Shown here piece by piece: positions 44,550 through 50,537 of a DNA stretch of 50,537 bases. The notes beneath the pieces were generated by a model. It made no database searches. It saw only the letters and a program-made list of their open reading frames with translations, and was not told the origin of the DNA. Position numbers and translations under genes: made by a program. Source of the DNA: Oscillospiraceae bacterium. Lineage in GTDB: Bacteria > Bacillota > Clostridia > Clostridiales > Clostridiaceae. The stretch lies in contig WQUF01000185.1 of the NCBI GenBank assembly GCA_009785875.1, forward strand, positions 1 to 50,537, written 5' to 3'. The number at the start of each line of letters is the position of its first letter. The first letter of the stretch is position 1.

Positions 44550-45401
44550 TTGGTTAGTAAATTGGTTAATAAAGTAGCGTTCGTAAACTCTAAAGGTGGT
44601 TGCGGAAAAACGACATCAATTTTCCACATAGCAGGAGTTCTTTCAAAAGATAAAGATAATAAGGATAAAGCAAAGGGGAGAGTTTTAGTAGTCGATTTAG
44701 ACCCACAGTGTAATACAACAGATACACTGTTAATGAACGTAGATAAAAAACAAAAACCAGATGAAACTGTACTTGATTTTATTACAGGAACTTCAAGTGC
44801 GGAAGAAGCGACTGTTCAGTGTCTATTTCAGACGAGAGGAAACGCTAATGCAAAATATTTCGGGGTCGATTGTATGCAGGGTGATGTATTACTTAGTAAA
44901 GAATCGCTTTTAAAGTCTATTGACCCTGAAAAGCTCCAAAAAAATTTTGAGTTATTCTTATCAGAGCAAGGATACTCATGGGTTTTAATCGATATGCCAC
45001 CTAATAGTTTGACTTTAAATGAGATTTGCTTTTCTTATTTGGCAAATCATGTGATTGTACCGTTTTCATCTGATATATTTTCTGTTCTTGGTTACTCTAA
45101 ATTAATGACTACAATTGACAAAGAAAGAGCTAATAATCCTTCACTTAATGTACTTGGCGTTTTTTTAGCAAGATATATGGCTAATTGCAAAGTTGATACT
45201 TATATACGAGATGAACTTATTAAGAATTTTGACACATTTATAGACATTCAAATTCCTCTTAGTTCAGATTTGCGAGAGAGCATTTTTTGTGGTAGACCCA
45301 TAAGCTACTACAAAGAATTCTCTAAAGGCAGAATCGCATTTGAAAGTTTAGTAAGTGAAATAAAGAAACGCATAAATAAATTTAATAAGGGAATTTCATA
45401 A
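44550..45401 (+). CDS. parA: ParA/Soj-family partition ATPase
   Basis: TTG start after GAAGTGAGG. Deviant Walker A NSKGGCGKTTS. VLVVDLDPQ. Walker B-like WVLIDMPP. Confidence 0.85.
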   Translation: MVSKLVNKVAFVNSKGGCGKTTSIFHIAGVLSKDKDNKDKAKGRVLVVDLDPQCNTTDTLLMNVDKKQKPDETVLDFITGTSSAEEATVQCLFQTRGNANAKYFGVDCMQGDVLLSKESLLKSIDPEKLQKNFELFLSEQGYSWVLIDMPPNSLTLNEICFSYLANHVIVPFSSDIFSVLGYSKLMTTIDKERANNPSLNVLGVFLARYMANCKVDTYIRDELIKNFDTFIDIQIPLSSDLRESIFCGRPISYYKEFSKGRIAFESLVSEIKKRINKFNKGIS

Positions 45402-45458
45402 GGCAGTACATAAAGTGAATTAAGCTAAATATAAAATATAAGAGAGTGAGGGTAAAGA

Positions 45459-46778
45459 ATGGCTAGAAATTTTAGTAAAGCTGGAAGCGTATTTGCAGAG
45501 GTTGCAAGAGAAAGCTCGGAGAAAGCTAATGTTCAGACTATAAAAATGATACAGAATGAGAACATTATAGATTATCCTAATAATCGAGAAGATATAAACG
45601 ATACGCTTGATATAGAAAATAGCATTAAACAGATTGGCTTTAGTGACCCACTAGAAGTTACAGATTTTGGAATGACAAATGGGAAATTCATGATAGTAAG
45701 TGGTCATAGGCGAAGGAGTGCAGGGGTGAAGACTGGTATGAGCCTTTTCCCCTGTATAGTTAAGGATTTTAAAAGCGATAATGATGTTTTCAATTATGTT
45801 CTATTATCGAACAGTCAAAGGGATAGTGAGAAAGACCCTTTGTTATTTGCCAATCGTTACTTGTTACATGAAGCATATTTAGACAAAATTGGTTTTAAAG
45901 GCAGTAAACAAGAAGAAATAGCAAAGAGGCTCGGTATATCGACACATCATGCCGCCCGTTACGCAGCAGTCAATAGGTTAATATCTCCTATAAAAGACAT
46001 GATTCGTGATGGAGATGTAGGAATGTCAAACGTTCTACCAATTGCGAAGCACACACCAGAAGAACAAGTTGAAATTTTAGAAATACTAAAGGAATGCATT
46101 TCATCAGGAAAGGATTTGACAAGAGAAACTGTTAAGACGCTAGTTGAGGGTTACAGGGATGGCAAAAAGACATTTAATGAAATAATGAAGCCAGAAGTAA
46201 AAGATAAGGAAAAATCAGAAATCACATTTATTAATGAAAATGAAGCTGAGAGTAGGGATCCTTCAATAAGGGAAGAAGAATCAAAAGGTTTAAACATTGA
46301 TTCACAAAGTAATGATATTGTGTCCGAAAACAAGAAGGAAAAAAGCACAGAAGCACATGAAGATGAAATTCAAAACGAAGACAGAATTACAGAATCGACA
46401 GATGAAATTAGCTTTTATGATGAATCAATTGAAGCAAAAGAAGATGAAAGCCAAGATAATATAGAAAATGAAAATGATATAAATAACGTTGAGGACAGAG
46501 AGAGTTCCGGAGCAGACGACAATATTCATGATATTAATAATGATAAAAATTTAAAGGCAACAAAAGATATTCGAAAGTATTTAGACAGATTGAATGCTCT
46601 TTTAAACACAACTTATGAATTCTCAGATAAAGAAGAAGCGGAGAATACATTTGATAATATGAAAGAAACACTATCGATGATTATTGATGAAATGTATAAT
46701 ATTTCTCGTGCCTTTAATCTGACTGATGTTTTTATAAATGCAGTTTCAGAAATGCAGGAAAAGCTAAAATCTTATTAA
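45459..46778 (+). CDS. parB: ParB/KorB-like protein with long acidic linker
   Basis: ParB N-domain GFSDPLEVT ... MIVSGHRRRSAG (arginine patch). HTH QEEIAKRLGISTHHAARYAAV. About 130 aa of D/E/N/S-rich low-complexity linker, then a C-terminal helical domain. Confidence 0.8.
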   Translation: MARNFSKAGSVFAEVARESSEKANVQTIKMIQNENIIDYPNNREDINDTLDIENSIKQIGFSDPLEVTDFGMTNGKFMIVSGHRRRSAGVKTGMSLFPCIVKDFKSDNDVFNYVLLSNSQRDSEKDPLLFANRYLLHEAYLDKIGFKGSKQEEIAKRLGISTHHAARYAAVNRLISPIKDMIRDGDVGMSNVLPIAKHTPEEQVEILEILKECISSGKDLTRETVKTLVEGYRDGKKTFNEIMKPEVKDKEKSEITFINENEAESRDPSIREEESKGLNIDSQSNDIVSENKKEKSTEAHEDEIQNEDRITESTDEISFYDESIEAKEDESQDNIENENDINNVEDRESSGADDNIHDINNDKNLKATKDIRKYLDRLNALLNTTYEFSDKEEAENTFDNMKETLSMIIDEMYNISRAFNLTDVFINAVSEMQEKLKSY

Positions 46779-46795
46779 AACAGGAGGCAGACTAA

Positions 46796-46830
46796 AATAA
46801 GAGGCAGGGATTGTCCTGTCTCTTATTTAA
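46796..46830 (+). terminator. Terminator-like hairpin after parB
   Basis: AATAAGAGGCAGG (46796..46808) pairs with CCTGTCTCTTATT (46815..46827) with one G-U pair. Confidence 0.5.
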
Positions 46831-46835
46831 AGTAC

Positions 46836-46904
46836 ATATGCTATAAGCGACTTATAGCATATTGATAAAGAAAAATACGAATTTTAATGCAAATTTTAAT
46901 GCAA
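46836..46904. promoter_or_regulatory. 12-bp inverted repeat plus tandem 12-mer direct repeat between parB and the tandem-RHH gene
   Basis: ATATGCTATAAG (46836..46847) and CTTATAGCATAT (46851..46862). ATTTTAATGCAA x2 (46881..46892 and 46893..46904). Confidence 0.5.
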
Positions 46905-46952
46905 TTAAGGCAATATTTAGTTAAACTAAATAAAGCTGAAAAGGAGGAAGTA

Positions 46953-47366
46953 ATGACAACAACAAATAATGATAGCAAGTCTAGTTATTTAAATGTAAGG
47001 GTTACCAGTGACTTAAAAAAAAGATTTGATGTATTTTGCAAAGGTATTGGGTCTACTGGAAGCAAAACTGTTATGTTATTCGCAAGATATTGTATATATT
47101 CGGATAAGGCGTTTTCATTTAATTTCTCGAATTATGACATTGCTCAAGACAACTCAGAACCTATTATAGTTGGATTTCGTTTAACAAATGGATTGCGAGA
47201 GAAGTTCGCAAAATTTTGCGATAAATTTGAATTACCTATGGCTGTATTTATACGTGATTTCATGATTTCATGCATAACAAAAAATAAACTTCCATTTGAC
47301 ATAAATGAAATAGCCAAAATGAAGTCATCACTCACAATAAGCAAAGAAAAAAAAGAGAATGTGTAA
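46953..47366 (+). CDS. Tandem ribbon-helix-helix-like protein
   Basis: ATG 46953 after AAAGGAGGAAG. Two RHH-like units (YLNVRVTSDLKKRFDVFCK... and IVGFRLTNGLREKFAKFCD...). Confidence 0.5.
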   Translation: MTTTNNDSKSSYLNVRVTSDLKKRFDVFCKGIGSTGSKTVMLFARYCIYSDKAFSFNFSNYDIAQDNSEPIIVGFRLTNGLREKFAKFCDKFELPMAVFIRDFMISCITKNKLPFDINEIAKMKSSLTISKEKKENV

Positions 47367-47374
47367 AGCCATTT

Positions 47375-47389
47375 AACTCACCGTGAGTT
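47375..47389. repeat. Dispersed palindrome copy 13, AACTCAC-C-GTGAGTT
   Basis: Read directly. 8 nt after stop 47366. Confidence 0.95.
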
Positions 47390-47653
47390 CTTCTTTAAAA
47401 TGTATAAGCATAAAACATATAAGATTCTTGATAGAGAAAATGATTATTTTTATCCAGATGATATAATAAAAGATACTAGGTGGTGAAAGAACTAAAGTAA
47501 AAAATTACAGAGCCTCAAATAATATTAAGTAATAAAAAACACAGAAGATAAGATTGACGAAAAAGACATTTCAAGATGGCTTTGAGTTTGATGTATTTAA
47601 AGGTTATAAGGATGTAAAAATACTATATCAAATCTTTTTACGGAGGTATTTAA

Positions 47654-47755
47654 ATGCAAAACTTAAATGAAATTTTAGGGGCTTATATTCTTCTTTTTAT
47701 TGCTGGTGTATGTGTTGGAAGAATAATAAAGTTCATTAAAAAAAATATGAAATAG
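47654..47755 (+). CDS. 33-aa hydrophobic peptide, Fst/Ldr-like type I toxin candidate (not in the ORF track)
   Basis: ATG 47654 lies 6 nt after GGAGGT. MQNLNEILGAYILLFIAGVCVGRIIKFIKKNMK has one TM helix and a basic tail. Confidence 0.5.
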   Translation: MQNLNEILGAYILLFIAGVCVGRIIKFIKKNMK

Positions 47756-47827
47756 AAAGATGTTAAACTCTAATAATTTACTTATTAGCTGTTTATGCTT
47801 TGTCATGTAGTAAAAGGTGGTATTAAG

Positions 47828-48817
47828 ATGGTTAGTGAGAAATATGTATGGAAAGCCATTGATTTTGTTATCGATTATGCAAAAGAACAAGGTTTGAAGT
47901 ATCGACGTGGGGATTTTAAAGATATAAGCTTTTGCAATAAAACATATGATAATTGTGTTTTTAATACATATCAAAATTGCGGATATAAAAATACTAAAGC
48001 TATACAAATCTGTTTGCGTTATGACTTTGAACGCTGTGGAAGAAGCTTAAAGCAAGCTAAAGATAAATTTTTAAGCTACATGTATGTAAGGGTAAAAAAC
48101 GATGGAATATATTTTATATTTACTTACAGAGAACTAGATTTACTCATATTGAAAGAAAACGGCGAAAATACAGAAGATAAAATCGAAAAGATTATTAGTA
48201 AAGTCACAAAATTGCTTGAACTTGCGGATTTAGAAAAGAACAATTCTGAAAAAGAGGCTATTGCAGCAAGTTTAAAAGCACAGGAACTACTTGTAAAGTA
48301 TAACCTTGATTTATGTGATATACAAGGTGATAAAAAGGAAAATATAGAAGAAATTATTGCAGATGTACCATCAGGATTCAAATGGAAATACAGTCTTGCT
48401 GAGGTTGTCGCCAGAAGTTATCGTTGCCGATTTTATATCATTGGTTCAAATAACATTGTTTTTTACGGTTATCGTTCAGATAGTTTAATTGCACGAAGGG
48501 TATTTATCTATCTATTTAATGTCGGAAATAGACTTGCAAATGCATACGTAAAAGTTATGTCTATGAAACTCTATAATACAAATGGTATATACAATAGCTT
48601 TTGTGCAGGATATGTTAAGGGTATAAATACAGAATTGTCTAGAAACTCAACAGCCCTTGCGATAATAGTGCCGTCAGAAGTTAATGAGAATTTTGAAGAA
48701 TTTTCTAAAAATTTTAGAAACAAAGGTAATTTTTTAAATGTAATTGATGACACTGCATATGAGAATGGGATAGTCGAAGGAAAGCGAGCGATGAATGCTC
48801 AATATTTAGAGGCATAA
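47828..48817 (+). CDS. DUF2786-domain protein
   Basis: ATG 47828 after AAAGGTGG. KIISKVTKLLELADLEKNNSEKEAIAASLKAQELLVKYNLD matches the DUF2786 signature. The conserved C-terminal part (WKYSLAEVVARSYRCRFY) follows. Confidence 0.6.
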   Translation: MVSEKYVWKAIDFVIDYAKEQGLKYRRGDFKDISFCNKTYDNCVFNTYQNCGYKNTKAIQICLRYDFERCGRSLKQAKDKFLSYMYVRVKNDGIYFIFTYRELDLLILKENGENTEDKIEKIISKVTKLLELADLEKNNSEKEAIAASLKAQELLVKYNLDLCDIQGDKKENIEEIIADVPSGFKWKYSLAEVVARSYRCRFYIIGSNNIVFYGYRSDSLIARRVFIYLFNVGNRLANAYVKVMSMKLYNTNGIYNSFCAGYVKGINTELSRNSTALAIIVPSEVNENFEEFSKNFRNKGNFLNVIDDTAYENGIVEGKRAMNAQYLEA

Positions 48818-48897
48818 AAATTAAATCATATTACATGGAATAAATACAACAGCTTCAAAGTTGAATAATTAAAGTCACAAATCACAAATCACAAAGC

Positions 48898-48931
48898 AAA
48901 GAAAGAGCCATATAAAAACGGCTCTTTCTTT
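48898..48931. terminator. Bidirectional terminator between convergent genes
   Basis: AAAGAAAGAGCC (48898..48909) pairs with GGCTCTTTCTTT (48920..48931). 10-nt loop, A/T runs on both sides. Confidence 0.65.
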
Positions 48932-49035
48932 AAGGTATGAGTCAATAAAATGTATCTAGTTAAATTATTATCTATAATATTTTTTTTATTCAACACTTTA
49001 TATAAGTGAATACTTATTTTTTGTATTCTAATTTT

Positions 49036-49050
49036 AACTCACCGTGAGTT
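49036..49050. repeat. Dispersed palindrome copy 14, AACTCAC-C-GTGAGTT
   Basis: Read directly. Intergenic, next to the hairpin at 49059..49090. Confidence 0.95.
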
Positions 49051-49058
49051 CTTTAAGA

Positions 49059-49090
49059 TAGCCCATTATCCTTTTTGCCATAATGGGCTA
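49059..49090 (-). terminator. Hairpin immediately downstream of GntR paralogue 2
   Basis: TAGCCCATTAT (49059..49069) pairs with ATAATGGGCTA (49080..49090). 10-nt loop. No clear U-run. Confidence 0.45.
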
Positions 49091-49099
49091 AGTTATTGT

Positions 49100-49426
49100 T
49101 TAATTCAAATTGAGAGTTTCTATAAATAAATCCAGTATATCTTCATTTTTAAGCCCAATATGCCTAGCGTGATTAATAGCTTCGTTTATCTGTTTTTTTA
49201 TATCTATAACATGTGATTGCATTAATTTATCAGTTATATAAGGCTTTAAAAAGTATCCAACCCCGTGCTTTTTTATGAGTATACCATCATCAACAAGAGA
49301 ATCCAATACTTTATATGCAGTTGATTCACCTACATTATATAATCCTTTAAATTGCAATATTGTAGGTACACGTTTTCCAGCTAAGTATTTACCACTTAAA
49401 ATATCGAACTCAAATTTTCTTTTCAC
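49100..49426 (-). CDS. Small GntR-type winged-helix regulator (paralogue 2), apparently 5'-frameshifted
   Basis: DILSGKYLAGKRVPTILQFKGLYNVGESTAYKVLDSLVDDGILIKKHGVGYFLKP closely parallels 22481..22879. Homology continues upstream of GTG 49426 to 49490. The RBS-proximal ATG (49494..49496) is in a different frame. Confidence 0.65.
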   Translation of the reverse strand: MKRKFEFDILSGKYLAGKRVPTILQFKGLYNVGESTAYKVLDSLVDDGILIKKHGVGYFLKPYITDKLMQSHVIDIKKQINEAINHARHIGLKNEDILDLFIETLNLN

Positions 49427-49549
49427 TTCAAGCCATTGATTTGTATTTGGTGTAAACTTATTTTCATGATATGTATTTTTCTCTGATATTTTTCATCACT
49501 CCCTCATAATGTCCATATGGTTTGGTGTTTATCATCAGTATTTTTATGT

Positions 49550-50140
49550 CTAACTTAATCTTACAAGACCGCCAATTCGTGATTCTATTTTTATTGCTCC
49601 GAATTCACTACTTTCAGGGTCGTCTAAATTCTTCACATAAGCGATTGGACAATTATTTTCTAAATCTTCTATTTCTATTTCCCATTCGTCTTTATATGCT
49701 GAAACATATAATATTGAAAAGCATTTTCCAAACTGAAAATTTGTGACTATTACATGATATACAAGAGTACAATAAATATCTTGAAATTCATTTACGTATT
49801 CTTGCTCCTTTTCATCAAGCCAAAATAAAAGTCCACATCCTTCAGATTTGTTTATTTTTCCTTCGTTTTTAAAATCATTTTTGACATTAGGGTGGAGTTT
49901 TAACATATTTAGTCTGCTTAATGCTTCATTCCTTTTTTCTTCTTTGCTTGGTGTATAAGTTAGAAATTTCTCTTGCGCTAGTTTATTTGCTTCTTTTTCT
50001 GCTTCATCATAAGTTTTAAAGCCTGTAAAGACATTATCAATATCTTTGTTCCATTCGGCTTCTGTGTTGTATGTCTTAACAGTTATCATTTTTTCCCCAT
50101 TCCCTATAAGTAAGGGAGCGTAAACAGTTTGCCATCCCAT
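49550..50140 (-). CDS. Hypothetical protein (196 aa)
   Basis: ATG 50140 lies 8 nt after AAAGGAG. Driven by cassette promoter P5. No family recognised. Confidence 0.6.
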   Translation of the reverse strand: MGWQTVYAPLLIGNGEKMITVKTYNTEAEWNKDIDNVFTGFKTYDEAEKEANKLAQEKFLTYTPSKEEKRNEALSRLNMLKLHPNVKNDFKNEGKINKSEGCGLLFWLDEKEQEYVNEFQDIYCTLVYHVIVTNFQFGKCFSILYVSAYKDEWEIEIEDLENNCPIAYVKNLDDPESSEFGAIKIESRIGGLVRLS

Positions 50141-50182
50141 AATATATACTCCTTTTCATAGAATCTAGTAAATCATAATTCC

Positions 50183-50211
50183 ATTATACTAATTTGTATA
50201 TTTATTGTCAA
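50183..50211 (-). promoter_or_regulatory. Conserved promoter cassette P5 (minus strand)
   Basis: On the minus strand: TTGACA (50211..50206), 17-nt spacer ATAAATATACAAATTAG, TATAAT (50188..50183). Confidence 0.6.
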
Positions 50212-50357
50212 GTATTCAAAAATAATTAACTTTATAAGATTGGTAATTATTATTTTCATTTTTTAATAACATTGCATAGTATCACCTTAAAGCAACATAA
50301 AATAACAGGCTAATTATTATTAGAGGATGATTCGCAAAAAAATTCTTTATTAAAACG

Positions 50358-50380
50358 TAACCCTTAATAGGGTTATTTTT
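50358..50380 (+). terminator. Small hairpin with T-run
   Basis: TAACCCT (50358..50364) pairs with AGGGTTA (50369..50375). Loop TAAT, then TTTTT. Confidence 0.4.
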
Positions 50381-50448
50381 AATTGAAACATTAATTTGAT
50401 AAATACATTTTATGGAAATTATTGGCGAAAATACATTCGGTGTTTTTC

Positions 50449-50494
50449 TTGCATAAATTGAATGTCCGTGTTATATTCTATAGATAGAATATAA
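50449..50494 (+). promoter_or_regulatory. Candidate promoter with overlapping 11-bp inverted repeat operator, upstream of the junction-spanning ORF
   Basis: TTGCAT (50449..50454), 17-nt spacer, TATATT (50472..50477). TTATATTCTAT (50471..50481) and ATAGAATATAA (50484..50494). Confidence 0.45.
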
Positions 50495-50517
50495 GTTCGT
50501 AAAAGAAAAGGTGTATG

Positions 50518-50537
50518 ATGGACGACAAAATAATATT
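50518..50537 (+). CDS. 5' end of the ORF that continues at base 2 (see 2..130)
   Basis: AAGGTG (50508..50513), then ATG 50515 or 50518. ATG GAC GAC AAA ATA ATA TT| continues with A|CTT CTA... in the frame that is open at the window start. Confidence 0.35.

Larger units (their letters stand above)
1..50537. mobile_element. Conjugative plasmid-like replicon (oriT/relaxase, T4SS, replication and partition modules), probably complete and circular
   Basis: Contains relaxase+MobC, VirD4, VirB4, VirB6-like, CHAP hydrolase, Rep, ParA/ParB. No integrase or transposase. An ORF interrupted by the window ends rejoins in frame. Confidence 0.75.

Noticed and set aside
46887-46952. N-terminal extensions given by the ORF track (46887, 43122, 43735, 35222, 35492, 33900, 47795, 10088, 16966, 41766)
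   Set aside because: In each case an internal ATG/TTG sits 5-10 nt downstream of a strong GGAGG-like SD. The extension lacks an RBS, or overlaps a promoter hexamer, operator boxes or direct repeats.
47675-48007. 110-aa minus-strand ORF overlapping the 33-aa toxin-like ORF and the DUF2786 gene start
   Set aside because: It has no RBS and an I/F/N-rich translation typical of AT-rich antisense DNA. An antisense RNA from this strand remains possible, but a protein is unlikely.
861-49050. The palindrome as a restriction-modification target, or as the ends of a MITE/IS
   Set aside because: No methyltransferase, restriction endonuclease or transposase gene is present. RM targets are normally avoided rather than enriched. 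The flanks of the copies are not conserved beyond a few A/T bases, and there are no paired terminal repeats or target duplications.
1-50537. ICE/prophage interpretation; tRNA, rRNA, CRISPR, integron or transposon content
   Set aside because: No integrase/recombinase, att-like direct repeats at the ends, capsid/terminase genes, tRNA-like cloverleaf regions or IS elements were seen. Rep plus ParAB plus end-to-end ORF continuity favour a plasmid.

Overview
This AT-rich 50.5-kb window (roughly 30% G+C by eye, not computed) reads as a complete, circularly permuted conjugative plasmid of a low-GC Gram-positive, Clostridia-like host. One small ORF is cut by the window ends and rejoins in frame (50518..50537 + 2..130).

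Modules, in order:
- Candidate oriT (530..800), MobC and a MOBP/Q-type relaxase.
- A Firmicutes-type T4SS operon: PcfB/DUF3801-like protein, VirD4 coupling protein, VirB2-like and VirB6-like proteins, a PrgI::VirB4 fusion, a CHAP cell-wall hydrolase, and two paralogous tail-anchored surface proteins, one carrying large acidic tandem repeats.
- A small GntR-like regulator, topoisomerase III, and a 1697-aa polyvalent protein with an ArdC core.
- An accessory island of small genes: wHTH plus acidic protein, PRTase-like plus Cys-rich ORF, RHH-coiled-coil, DUF1292-like, BRO-N-like, ArdA-N-like, DUF3846-like.
- A replication module: AEP-like Rep, iteron-like repeats, DUF4373/DnaD-like protein, DnaC-like loader.
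- ParA/ParB, a tandem-RHH protein, a DUF2786-like protein and two type-I-toxin-like mini-ORFs.

I saw no integrase, transposase, CRISPR array, tRNA or rRNA.

The strongest signal the genes do not explain is a 15-bp perfect palindrome, AACTCAC-S-GTGAGTT. It occurs 14 times all round the replicon, in intergenic DNA and in frame inside three unrelated CDSs. A conserved ~35-bp sigma-70 promoter cassette is also repeated 5 times. I interpret these together as a plasmid-wide operator/centromere network, analogous to KorB-OB of IncP-1 plasmids. The acidic ParB-like protein or the small GntR paralogues are the candidate binders.

All family calls come from motif recognition by eye. No database search or folding calculation was possible.
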